Part shown: piece after piece, positions 25,826-38,392 of the stretch
How the letters are laid out: each line of letters begins with the position of its first letter
Numbering within the stretch: the stretch's first letter is position 1
Assembly: GCA_030390025.1 (NCBI GenBank)
Contig: JASTWF010000033.1
Location: 1,304,001-1,368,000 of the forward strand
Source: Squalus acanthias
Lineage: Eukaryota
Direction of reading: 5' to 3'
DNA length: 64,000 nucleotides
Notes under the pieces: model-generated
Database searches by the model: none
Told to the model about the DNA's origin: nothing
What the model saw: only the letters and a program-made list of their open reading frames with translations
Program-made: the position numbers and the translations under genes

Positions 25826-26029
25826 AATCTTTCTTTCCCTCTCTTTATTCCACTTTCTACATGTGATTTGACATTGCATTCTATATTCTAACTAAGACTT
25901 CCTGGTTCAGACTTTGCGTAAGGATTCTTCAAGCTGATTGGTTAAGGAAACATACAGTTGCTTCTCCTGTTCCCTCTGTAGACGGCGCTGGGCGTTTTGG
26001 CTCCAATTTGCACTGACGATGAAGGAACG

Positions 26030-28830
26030 GCGATATATGTTCAAGTCAGGATCGGATGTTACTTGAAGTGGATCTTGGAGGTGGTGGTGTTTCCATGCGG
26101 ATGCTGCTCTTGTCCTTCTAGGTGGCAGAGGGCGCGGGTTTGAGAGGTGCTGTCAAAGAAGCCTTGGCGAACTGCTGCAGTTCTTTCTGTAAATAGCACA
26201 CACTGCAGCGATGGTGCACCGCTGGTGGAGGGATTGATTTTTAAGGTGGTGGGTGGGCTGCCGATGAGGCGTATTTCTCTGTCCTGGATTGCGTGGAGCT
26301 TCTTGAGTGTTGTTGCAGCTGCACCTATCCAGGCAAGTGGAGAGTTTTTCATCACACGCTGCAGTTGTACCTTATAGGTGCAGGAGAGGCTCCCGGGTGG
26401 CCAGGAGTTGAGCCACTCGCCACAGAATACCCAGCCTCTTACCTGCTCTCGCAGCCACGAGTTTTTTTGTGGCTAGTCAATGGTAGGGATTTGACGATGG
26501 CAATGCCAGTGAATGACCAACGGACATGGTTGGACTCTCTTGTGGGAGATGGGCATTGCCTGACACTTGTGGGGCGCGAATGTTACTTGCCACTTGTCCG
26601 CCCAAGCCTAGATATTGTCCAGGGCTTGCTGCATGCGAGCATGGACCGCTTCATTATCTGACGAATTGAAAATGGAGCTGAACACTGCAATCATCAGAGA
26701 ACATCCCCACTCCTGGCTTTATGATGGAGGGAAGGTAATTGGCGAAGCAGCTGAAGTGGTTAGTCCGAAGACTCTGCCCCGAGGAACTCCTGCAGTGATG
26801 TCCTGGTGCTGAGACGATTCGCCTCCAACAAACACACTCCATGGTGCCACACACGTCGAACACTGCCTTGATGTCAAGCTCAGTCACTGTCACCTCACAG
26901 CTGGAATTCAGTTCTTTGGTCCTTGTTTGGAGTCGATTGGTCCTGGTGGAACTCAAATTGAGCCTCGGTGAGCAGCTTATTTGTGATTAAGTGCTGCTTG
27001 ATAGCAGTGTTGATAACTCCTTCCAACACTTTGATGATGATTGAGAGCAGGCTGATAGGGCGGTAATTGATCGGGTTGGATTTGTCCTTCTTTGTGGACA
27101 GGACATATCTGGACAATTCTCTACATTGTCGGGCAGATTCCAGTGTTGTGGATCTACTGGAACAACTTGACTAGAGATGCGGTTAGTTCCAGAGCACAGA
27201 TCTTCAACACAACAGCCAGAATGTTGACGGGACTTTTAGCATTTGCTGTGCCCAGTTCATTCATTTGTTTCTTGATATCGAAATGCGGGGGAACTAGGCA
27301 CTAAATCTCACACCTGCTGTACATTCTGGACCTTTTGTCACCTTTATTGCTTCCTCCAAGTTGTGTTCAGTATGGAGGAGTACTGATTCATCGGCTGAGG
27401 GAGGGCAGAAGGTGGTAATCAGCAGGAGGTTTCCTTGCCCATGTTTGACCTGAACCCATGAGAATTCATCGGCTCCGGAGTCAATGTTAATGATTCCCAG
27501 GACACTTACACCTGAGGGTATATCACTGTCCCCCACTGCTGGTGGGTCTGTCCTCCTACTGGGACAGGAAATACCGATCAATGTTACTGATTCCCAGGAC
27601 ACTTACACCTGAGGGTATATCACTGTCCCCCACCGCTGGTGGGTCTGTCCTCCTACTGGGACAGGAAATACCGATCAATGTTACTGATTCCCAGGACACT
27701 TACACCTGAGGGTATATCACTGTGCCCCACCGCTGGTGGGTCTGTCCTACTGGGACAGGAAATACCGATCAATGTTACTGATTCCCAGGACACTTGTACC
27801 TGAGAGTATATCACTGCCCCACCACTGGTGGGTCTTTCCTCCAACTGGGACAGGAAATACCGATCAATGTCACTGATTCCCAGGACACTTATATCTGAGG
27901 GTATATCACTCCCCCACCGCTGGTGGGTCTGTCCTCCTACTGGGACAGGAAGTACCGATCAATGTTACTGATTCCCAGGACACTTGCACCTTAGGGTATA
28001 TCACTGTGCCCCACCGCTGGTGGGTCTGTCCTCCTACTGGGACAGGAAATACCGATCAATGTTACTGATTCCCAGGACACTTACATCTGAGGGTATATCA
28101 CTCTCCCCCACCATTGGTGGGTCTGTCCTACTGGGACAGGAAATACCGATCAATGTTACTGATTCCCAGGACACTTGTACCTGAGGGTATATCGCTGCCC
28201 CACCGCTGGTGGGTCTGTCCTACTGGGACAGGAAATACCGATCAATGTTACTGATTCCCAGGACACTTGTACCTGAGCGTATATCACTGTGTCCCACCGC
28301 TGGTGGGTCTGTCCTACTGGGACAGGAAATACCGATCAATGTTACTGATTCCCAGGACACTTACATCTGAGGGTATATCACTGTCCCCCACCATTGGTGG
28401 GTCTGTCCTACCGGGACAGGAAATAGCGATCAATGTTACTGATTCCCAGGATACTTGAATCTGAGAGTATATCACTGCCCCACCGCTGGTGGGTCTGTCC
28501 TCCTACTGGGACAGGAAATACCGATCAATGTTACTGATTCCCAGGATACTTGAATGTGAGAGTATATCACTGCCCCACCGCTGGTGGGTCTGTCCTGTCC
28601 GATGAATGCTGATGGAGGTGCCTGGGACGTTGGCTAATAAATATGATTTTAAACATCACACAGTTGCTTGACTAATGTGTGGTACACTTCTCCCTACTTT
28701 GGCACCAGCCCCCAGGTGTTAGTGAGGAGCGCTTTGCAGGGTTGACTGGGCTGGGTGTTCCTTCGTCATGTCCGAATCCAATGCTGAAGCCGAGCGGTCC
28801 GTCCGGTTTTATTCTTCCGTATCCTTCTTT
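26030..28830 (-). mobile_element. Degenerate non-LTR retrotransposon (CR1/L2 group) with RT and endonuclease remnants, a different family from the main CR1
   Basis: Minus-strand translations NYRPISLLSIIIKVLEGVIN, ELDIKAVFD, MFSDDC and QVKHGQGNLLLITT; many deletions. Confidence 0.75.
27482..28600. repeat. ~94-97-bp minisatellite, about 12 copies, embedded in the LINE above
   Basis: Unit ATACCGATCAATGTTACTGATTCCCAGGACAC...GGGACAGGAA repeats at 94-97-bp spacing. Confidence 0.92.
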
Positions 28831-29828
28831 CGAGAGGCTTTCTAGGCCATTTCAGAGGCCATCACATTGGTGAAGGACTGGAGTCACGTATAGACCAGGC
28901 TTAAAGGGCATTAGGTTTTACGACAATCCTTTCTAATACCAGCTTTTTATTTCGAAATGTTTCAAATTTGAATTTAAATTCATGAAACGTCCACGATGGG
29001 ATTTGACCCGTTGTCTCTGGATTACTCGTCCAGTAACATAACCAACAGGCTATCGTTCTCGACGCCTCGTCATCTCTCTGTCCATTGACTGATTGTACCT
29101 TTGTGAAGTGCCTTTCGACGTTTTATTTTCTGCATTAAAGGTGTTATATAAATGTAAGTTTTGAAGATGAAAGTCCTGACGACACAAACCCCATTGCTGG
29201 ATATATGTTCCCGGTTACCGAGGTTTCATACCGGCAGCGGATGTGCAAAATAACGGGTGTCAGACATTTCAATTACCGGGGGGGAAACGGTGATTAGATT
29301 TTTGAGCATTATTTTTATTGGTCGATTTTCCGGCCCTACACATCAACAGTGATTGTTTCGATTAGTCAGTGTGATTTCTCAGGCAGTTTTCTAGCCGTTT
29401 CTCTCACTTCAGATTCGTTCCTTCCCTGCCACTAGAGTTCAGACTCGCTGCTTTTTTATTTCTCAGGAAATCACAAAGTGTGGCAGCAAATGTGAGAAAC
29501 GAGTCTATCATATTGTCAGTCGGTAATCTGATGTCATGTTGGACACTGAAGGACACAGACAAATAATCACATTAAAACTGCTGCAGATTCTCAGTGATTC
29601 CTCACTCTCCGAGAACTATAATTCATCAAATTTCTTTGCCGTTAACGACTGAATCAAGATGTTCCAGAATATTCAGCCCATGTTCAGAAGGGATCAGAAC
29701 CCGGCCCAGTGACTGCTTTCTGTGCTCAACAACTGGGAGATCCCATCACTGAGCAGATCCTTTCCTTCTCATTCTCAGTGCGTGTCTTTCACTCCGCTCC
29801 TCAATATATTCATTATTATTCTTTACAG

Positions 29829-30000
29829 AAAGTCACTGAGCTCGTGGAGAAGGGAAACCGGGCGGACAGTTCCAAACTTCTCCTAACTCTGGTGATGGAG
29901 AAAGGCTCTCGGACCCGAAGGGTGATGTGGGAATCCTTTGTGAAAATGCGCCATGGGGTACCAAAGCTGAACAAAATACTGAAAGAAATACAGGAACTTG
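29829..30000 (+). CDS. NLR gene exon B, second half of the death-fold-like domain: KVTELVEKGNRADSSKLLLTLVMEKGSRTRRVMWESFVKMRHGVPKLNKILKEIQEL
   Basis: TTCTTTACAG acceptor, TTG|GTACGG donor, 172 nt, phase 0 to phase 1. Confidence 0.85.
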
Positions 30001-30093
30001 GTACGGTAAAAACACACTGAATTCAAATTCAAACACGATTTTATTATAATATTACACAGAAATGATTTCATGAATGCTAATTGATTTAAACAG

Positions 30094-30159
30094 GTTCTGA
30101 TCCATTTGATTACATGAACATCGTACGAGGTTTATCCGAAGTACCCAGTCATCTGAGAG
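30094..30159 (+). CDS. NLR gene exon C, 66-nt linker: GSDPFDYMNIVRGLSEVPSHLR
   Basis: AAACAG acceptor, GAG|GTAAGT donor, symmetric phase 1-1, open. Confidence 0.8.
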
Positions 30160-30389
30160 GTAAGTGATGGAATGGAGATTTCAAACCGTTTATTTCACTA
30201 TAGAATCCGAATATTTGACTGGAGCCGATTGTTTAAAGATTGTCAGAATCTGCGAATGAGAAGTTCAAAGGCTAAGGAAATAGGATTGAACATGTTAGGA
30301 TTCAATTTACAATAAACACCGATTTTTGAATTATTGCTAAATTTGCAGGTCTTGTATGCACCAGTTATTGCAACACACATCGCATATCC

Positions 30390-33300
30390 GTGCCAGGCTC
30401 CTGCTACACTGTGAAACCCCATATACACTTGGCAGGATCCTGATACACTGTGAAACCTCATACACACCTGGCAGGATTCTGATACACTGTGAAACCCCAT
30501 ACACACCTGGCAGGATCCTGATACACTGTGAAACCCCATACACACCTGGCAGGATCCTGATACACTGGGAAACCCCATACACACCTGGCAGGATCCTGAT
30601 ACACTGTGAAACCCCATACACACCTGGCAGGATCCTGCTACACTGTGAAACCCCATACACACCTGGCAGGATCCTGATACACTGTGAAACCTCATACACA
30701 CCTGGCAGGATCCTGATACACTGTGAAACCTCATACACATCTGGCAGGATCCTGATACACTGTGAAACCCCATACACACCTGGCACAATCCTGATACACT
30801 GAAACCCCATACACACCTGGCACTATCCTGATACACTGTGAAACCCCATACACACCTGGCAGGATCCTGATACACTGAAACCCCATACACACCTGACAGG
30901 ATCCTGATACACTGGGAAACCCCATACACACCTGGCATGTTCCTGATACACTGTGAAACCCCATACACACCTGGCAGGATCCTGATACACTGGGAAACCC
31001 CATACACACCTGGCAGGATCCTGATACACTGTGAAACCACATACACACCTGGCAGGATCCTGATACACTGTGAAACCACATACACACCTGGCAGGATGCT
31101 GATACACTGTGAAACCCCATACACACCTGGCAGGATCCTGATACACTGTGAAACCCCATACACACCTGACAGGATCCTGATACACTGTGAAACCCAATAC
31201 ACACCTGGCAGGATCCTGATACACTGTGAAACTCCATACACACCTGGCAGAATCCAGATACACTGTGAAACCCCATACACACCTGGCAGGATCCTGATAC
31301 ACTGTGAAACCCCATACACACCTGGCAGGATCCTGATACACTGTGAAACCCCCTACACACCTGGCAGGATCCTGATACACTGTGAAACCCCATACACACC
31401 TGGCAGGATCCTGATATACTGTGAAACCCCATACACACCTGGCAGAAGAACATAAGAAATAGGAGCAGGAGTAGACCAATCGGCCCCTCGAGCATGCTCC
31501 GCCATTCAATGAGATCATGGCTGATCTGATCCAATCTCAACTCTAAAGAACACAAGAAGCAGGAGCAGGACCAGGCCACTCGGCTCCGCCACCCCCAGGG
31601 CCTTGACCGATCCGAACTCAAACTCATGTCCAATTTCCAGCCCGCTCCCCATAACCCCTGATTCCCTTTACTTCTAGGAAACGGTCTATTTCTGTTTTTA
31701 ATTTATTTAATGAAGTAGCTTCCACAGCTTCCTGGGGTAGCAAATTCCAGAGACCCACTACCCTCTGAGTGAAAAAGTTTCTCCTCATCTCAGTTTTGAA
31801 AGAGGAGCCCCTTATTCTAAGATTATGTCCCCTAGTTCTAGTTTCACCCATCATTGGGAACATCCTCACCGCGTCCACCCAATCAAGCCCCTTCACAATC
31901 TTATATGTTTCAATAAGATCGCCTCTCATTCTTCTGAACTCCAATGAGTAGAGTCCCAATCTACTCAACCTCTCCTCGTATGTCCACCCCCTCATCCCCG
32001 GAATTAACCGAGTGAACCTTCTTTGTACTGCCTCGAGAGCAAGTATGTCTTTTCTTAAGTATGGACACCAAAACTGTATGCAGTACTCCAGGTGCGGTCT
32101 CACCAATACCCTATACAACTGCAGCAATACCTCCCTGTTTTTATATTCTATCCCCCTAGCAATAAAAGCCAACAATCCATTGGCTTTCTTGATCACCTGC
32201 TGCACCTGCATACTAACTTTTTGATTTTCTTGCATCAAGACCCCCAGATCGCTTTGTACTGCAGTACTTTCCAGTTTCTCGCCATTAAGATAATAACTTG
32301 CTCCCTGATTTTTCCTGCCAAAGTGCATAACCTCACATTTTCCAATATTGTATTGCATCTGCCAAATCTCTGCCCACTCTCCCAGCCTGTCTATATCCCC
32401 TTGTAGGTTTTTTATGTCCTCCTCACTCTCTACTTTCCCTCCCATCTTTGTATCATCTGCAAACTTTGATATGTTACTCTCGGTCCCCTCCTCCAAATCG
32501 TTAATATAGATTGTAAAGAGTTGGGGACCCAGCACCGACCCCTGCGGAACACCACTGGCTACTGGTTGCCAGTCCGAGAATGAACCATTTATCCCAACTC
32601 TATGCTTCCTGTTAGATAACCAATCCTCCACCCATGCCAGAATATTACCCCCAATCCAGTGATTTTTTATCTTGAGTAATAATCTTTTATGTGGCACCTT
32701 GTCGAATGCCTTCTGGAAGTCTAAATACACTACAACCACTGGTTCCCCTTTATCCACCCTGTACGTTATGTCCTCAAAGAACTCGAGCAAATTTGTCAGA
32801 CATGACTTCCCCTTCATAAAGCCATGCTGACGTTGTCCTATTAAATTATGTTTATCTAAATGTTCCGTTACTGTCTCCTTAATAATAGACTCCAAAATTT
32901 TACCACCACAGATGTTAGGCTAACTGGTCTATAATTTCCAGCCTTATGCCTACAACCCTTTTTAAATAAGGGTGTTACATTAGCAGTTTTCCAATCTGCC
33001 GGGACCTTTGCTGAGTTCAGGGAGTTTTGGAAAATTATTACCAAAGCATCCACAATTCCTACTGCCACTTCCCTCAAGACCCTAGGATGTAAGCCATCAG
33101 GTCCAGGGGATTTAGCCGTCCTGTGTCCAATTATTTTACTGAGTACCAATTCCTTAGTAATTTTAATCGTATTTAGCTCCTCCCCCCCCACTAGAGCCCC
33201 CTGTTTGTCCAGTGTTGGGATATTCTTAGTGTCCTCTACCATAAAGACTGAAACAAAATATTTGTTCAGCATTTTTGCCATCTCCATGTTTCCCACCATT

Positions 33301-36300
33301 AATTTCCCGGTCTCATCCTCTAAGGGACCTACGTTTGCCTTAACCACCCTCTTTCTTTTTATATAACTATAGAAACTCTTGCTATCTGTTTTTATATTTT
33401 TTGCTAATTTATTTTCATAGTCTATTTTCCCTTTCTTAATCAATCCTTTAGTTACTTTTTGTTGTCTTTTGAAGACTTCCCAATCTTCTATACTTCCACT
33501 AACTTTGGCTACCTTATATGTCCTTGTTTTTAGTTGGATACTTTCTTTAATTTCTTTACTTAACCATGGATGGCTGTCATTTCTTTTACACCCTTTTTTC
33601 CTCAGTGGAATATATTTATTTTGAAGGTTGTAAAATAAGTCCTTGAATGAATACCACTGCTCATGTACCGTCTTACCCTTTAATCTATTTTCCCAGTCCA
33701 CTTTAATCAATTCTGCTCTCATGCCATCATAGTCTCCTTTATTCAAGCTCAGTATGCTTGTTTGAGAACCAACCTTCTCACCCTCTAATTGGATATGGAA
33801 TTCAACCATGTTATGGTCACTCATTCCAAGGGGATCCTTAACTAGGACATTATTAATTAATCCAGACTCATTACACAGTACCAGGTCCAAGGTTGCTTGC
33901 CTCCTTGTAGGATCAGTTACATACTGCTCAAGAAATCCATCCCTAAGACACTCAATAAACTCTTCCTCAAGGCTGCCCTGCCCAATCTGATTTGTCCAGT
34001 TAATATGATAGTTAAAATCCCCCATAATTATAGCTGTTCCCTTATTACATGCCCCAACTATTTCCTGATTAATACTTCTTCCAACAGAGTTGCAACTATT
34101 AGGAGGCCTATATACTACGCCCACCAGTGATTGTTTCCCCTTATTATTCCTAATCTCTACCCAAACTGTTTAATTATCCTGATCATTTGACCCAATATCA
34201 TTTCTCTGTATTACAGTGATTCCTTCCTTTATTAACATAGCCACCCCCCCCCCTCCCCTTCCTTCCTGATTGTTAAATACCCTGGCATATTTAATTCCCA
34301 GACGTTGTCACCCTGCAGCCATGTTTCTGTAATGGCCACAAGATCATACCCATACATAATTATTTGTGCCGTTAACTCATCAATTTTGTTACGAATGCTA
34401 CGTGCATTCAGATAAAAAACTTTAAAATGTGTTTTGCGACACTTACTTCCTGCTTTTTCCTTATTTAACACTTTACCTTTTACTCCATACCTTCTGTCCC
34501 TTCCTGACATGCTTTCCTCTGACTCCCTGCTCAGGTTCCCAACCCCCTGCCACATTAGTTTAAATCCTCCCCAACAGCACTCGCAAACACTCCCCCTAGG
34601 ACAGCGGTCCCGGCCCTGCCCAGGTGCAGACCGTCCGGTTTGTACTGGCCCCACCTCCCCCAGAACCGGTTCCAATGTCCCAGGAATTTGAATCCCTCCC
34701 CCTTGCACCATTCCTCTAGCCACGTATTCATTTGAAATATCCTCCTATTTCTACTCTGACGAGCACGTGGCACTGGTAGCAATCCTGAGATTACTACCTT
34801 TGAGGTCCTATTTTTGAATTTACCTCCTAACTCCCTATATTCTGCTTTTAGGACCTCATCCCCTTTTTTACCTATATTGTTGGTGCCTATGCGCACCACG
34901 ACAGCTGGCTGTTCGCCCTCCCCCTCCAAAATGTTCTGTAGCCGCTCCGAGACGTCCTTGACCCTTGCACCAGGGAGGCAACACACCATCCTGGAGTCTC
35001 GGTTGCGGCCGCAGAAACGCCTATCTATTCCCTTTACAATTGAGTCCCCTATCACTATAGCTCTTCCACTCTTTTTCCTCCCAGCCTGTGCAGCAGAGCC
35101 GCCCATGGTGCCAGAAAGTTGGCTGCTGCTGCCTTCCCCTAAGTCATCCCCCCCAACAGTATCCAAAGTGGTATATCTGTTTGAGAGGGGGATGGCCACA
35201 GGGGAACCCTGCACTACCTGCCTGCACCTCCTACTCTGGCAGGATCCTGATACACTGTAAGACCCCATACACACCTGGCAGGATCCTGATACACTGTGGA
35301 AGCCTATACACACCTGGCAGGATTCTGATACACTGTGGAACCCCATACACACCTGGCAGGATCCTGATACACTGTGAAACCCCATACACACCTGGCAGGA
35401 TACTGATAAACTGTGAAACCCCATACACACCTGGCAGGATTCTGATACACTGTAAGACCCCATACACACCTGGCAGGATCCTGATACACTGTGGAACCCT
35501 ATACACACCTGGCAGGATTCTGATACACTGTGGAACCCCATACACACCTGGCAGGATCCTGATACACTGTGAAACCCCATACACACCTGGCAGGATTCTG
35601 ATACACTGTGGAACCCTATACACACCTGGCAGGATCCTGATACACTGTGAAACCCCATACACACCTGGCAGGATCCTGATACACTGTGAAACCCATACAC
35701 ACCTGGCAATCCTGATAAACCCCATACACACCTGGCAGGATCCTGATACACTGTGAAACCCCATACACACCTGGCAGGATCCTGATAAACTGTGAAACCC
35801 CATAATCAACTGGCAGGATCTGATACACTGTGAAACCCCATACACACCTGCAGGATCCTGATAAACTGTGAAACCCCATACACACCTGGCAGGATACTGA
35901 TAAACTGTGAAACCCCATACACACCTGGCAGGATTCTGATACACTGTAAGACCCATACACCTGCAGGATCCTGATACACTGTGGAACCCTATACACACCT
36001 GGCAGGATTCTGATACACTGTGGAACCCCATACACACCTGGCAGGATCCTGATACTGTGAAACCCCATACACACCTGGCAGGATTCTGATACACTGTGGA
36101 ACCCTATACACACCTGGCAGGATCCTGATACACTGTGAAACCCCATACACACCTGGCAGGATCCTGATACACTGTGAAACCCCATACACACCTGGCAGGA
36201 TCCTGATAAACTGTGAAACCCCATAATCAACTGGCAGGATCCTGATACACTGTGAAACCCCATACACACCTGGCAGGATCCTGATAAACTGTGAAACCCC

Positions 36301-36590
36301 ATACACACCTGGCAGGATCCTGATACACCGTGAAACCCCATACACACCTGGCAGGATCCTGATACACTGTGAAACCCCATACACACCTGGCAGGATCCTG
36401 ATAAACTGTGAAACCCCATAATCAACTGGCAGGATCCTGATACACTGTGAAACCCCATACACACCTGGCAGGATCCTGATAAACTGTGAAACCCCATACA
36501 CACCTGGCAAGATCCTGATACACCGTGAAACCCCATACACACCTGGCAGGATCCTGATACTCTGTGAAACACCATACACACCTGGCGAGA
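30390..36590. repeat. 39-bp minisatellite (CCTGGCAGGATCCTGATACACTGTGAAACCCCATACACA); arms about 30390-31445 and 35236-36590, split by a CR1
   Basis: Tandem units on both sides of the insertion. Confidence 0.96.
31446..35235 (-). mobile_element. Near-full-length CR1 LINE: SGNH/GDSL esterase-type ORF1 (5' truncated) and APE-RT ORF2 broken by two frameshifts
   Basis: ORF1 motifs IGDSIV, PGA, IGTNN, DGLHL. ORF2 pieces 34232-34723 (YLNARS, AITETW), 32868-34124 (GDFN, SDH) and 31624-32895 (FADD). Flanking duplication CTGGCAG at 31439-31445 and 35236-35242. Confidence 0.96.
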
Positions 36591-37603
36591 TCATTATTCC
36601 GTGTGAAACAAATGCCTTTTTGCCTGATGTGGAAGTTGTCTCTGCCCCTGGGCTGCTATTCAGCACAAACTGTCGAAAAAGTGGTGGAGAAATGGGAAAA
36701 ATTTAACCATTACCATTGTACATCACATCATGAACGTCAGATAGTGTTCGATCTAATCTGAGACGATGTTCAGAGTTTCACACAATCAAACATTAACTGA
36801 GGAGGAACATGAGGAAAAGGCCGTGTTATGGGTGATTTGAAATTGATTGGGCCGATTACCTCTGGCAGTAAAACAGACAAACTAGGCACAGAGAATCTTG
36901 TACTGAAAGAACCCTCATTTCATTCAGGGGGATTTTGAATCCCAATTTACTGATTATCAGAAACATATTTGTAATTTTCAAAACTACATTATAGGAAACT
37001 CGTATCCAAATGGAACGATGGAGTTTAATAATTGTAACTGTTGAAATGAACTCTGTCTTTTCTTCCCTAAGGTAACACTAAGTGAAGTGGGCGGTATTTC
37101 TGATTCTGATCGGTTATCTGATGAGACTGTTATCTAAAAATAATATAAATGTAAAATCACTGAAAGCTGATCACATTTTCTGAAACACAACAGGAGGATG
37201 TTTAGTGGAACAAAAGGCCACTTTGGTCCAATCCAGTCTGTCCTGTTAGAGATGAACCCACCTTTCCCTCCTCTCAGTGTATCCACAGAAACACAACCAA
37301 TTGTCTCTTGTCCCCAATTAACCTGCCCCTTAATATCCTCCCTGGTAACGGGTCTCCCGCTCGATTACCCTTTGGTGAAAAAGATTACCCTGGTTTCCCT
37401 TCTTAGTCCTGGCGTGTTAGTGTCAGTTTTCTCATAATTAATTGTGTTCATTGTGAATATCATTCTGGCATTAATCTTGAGACTTCCGTTAGAAATTCTG
37501 ATCAATTCCTGACACACACAATCATCTTATTTCTCTCTGCACCTTCTCCATTTCAATAATATTCTTCCTGTGATTAGAAGTGCACACAAGACCGGCCAGA
37601 CAA

Positions 37604-37950
37604 ACGGAGGAACTTCTGTACATTCACTGTCTGTCCCTCTCCCAGTGCCCACACTGCCCCAGATAACCTGCCCAGGACCTGACACACGAACGGTGGAACT
37701 TCTGTCCATTCACAGTCTGTCCCTCTCCCAGTGCCCACACTACCCCAGATAACCTGCCCAGGACCTGACACACTAACGGTGGAACTTCTGTATATTCACA
37801 GTCTGTCCCTCTCCCAGTGCACACACTGCCCCAGATAACCTGCCCAGGACCTGGCACACGAACGGTGGAACTTCTGTCCATTCACAGTCTGTCCCTCTCC
37901 CAGTGCCCACACTCCCCCAGATAACCTGCCCATGGTCTGATACAGTAACG
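37604..37950. repeat. 86-bp minisatellite, 4 copies
   Basis: ACGGTGGAACTTCTGT...GTCCCTCTCCCAGTGCCCACAC...CAGATAACCTGCCCAGGACCTG recurs every 86 bp. Confidence 0.9.
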
Positions 37951-38392
37951 GCGGATCTTCTGCGCATTGTCCCTCTCGGTGAGCAATCAATCCGGTTTTC
38001 CATTGCTGCAGAAGGGAAGCACCAGTGACGGTTTCACAGATTGATTACTAGAACTTCTAATATCTTATAAACAGGATCATGTGTGGATTTGTAATGTGAT
38101 TTCTAAAGCACAGGCTGGCCGGGTAGTATTAACCATCAGAGGGACAATATCACCTTTATAGAAATCTCCATGTTCAGTGAATTTTACAATCAAGTGAGGA
38201 TTTGTAACTTTTCTCAGCCATTGTTCACTTTCAAATGAGGTTTCCATTAACAGTTTTAATTTCTACACGCACCTCTGTTGAAGCTTTGAATTAAATCTTG
38301 CAATATTTTACTGAACATTAAATAGTATTGAGAAGTTGTTTTTTGTCAATACAACTAACATTGAGACCACTTTCTGTCTCTTCTAATTGAAG

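Noticed and set aside
24960..25990. Possible Harbinger-like MITE split by the CR1 fragment
   Set aside because: Composition is suggestive, but I could not identify matching TIRs or a TSD.
30243..36666. Cys-rich 13-aa repeat ORFs, including an apparent fusion to an esterase (34555-35751)
   Set aside because: 39-bp minisatellite translations; the fusion is a chance in-frame junction at the CR1 5' truncation point.
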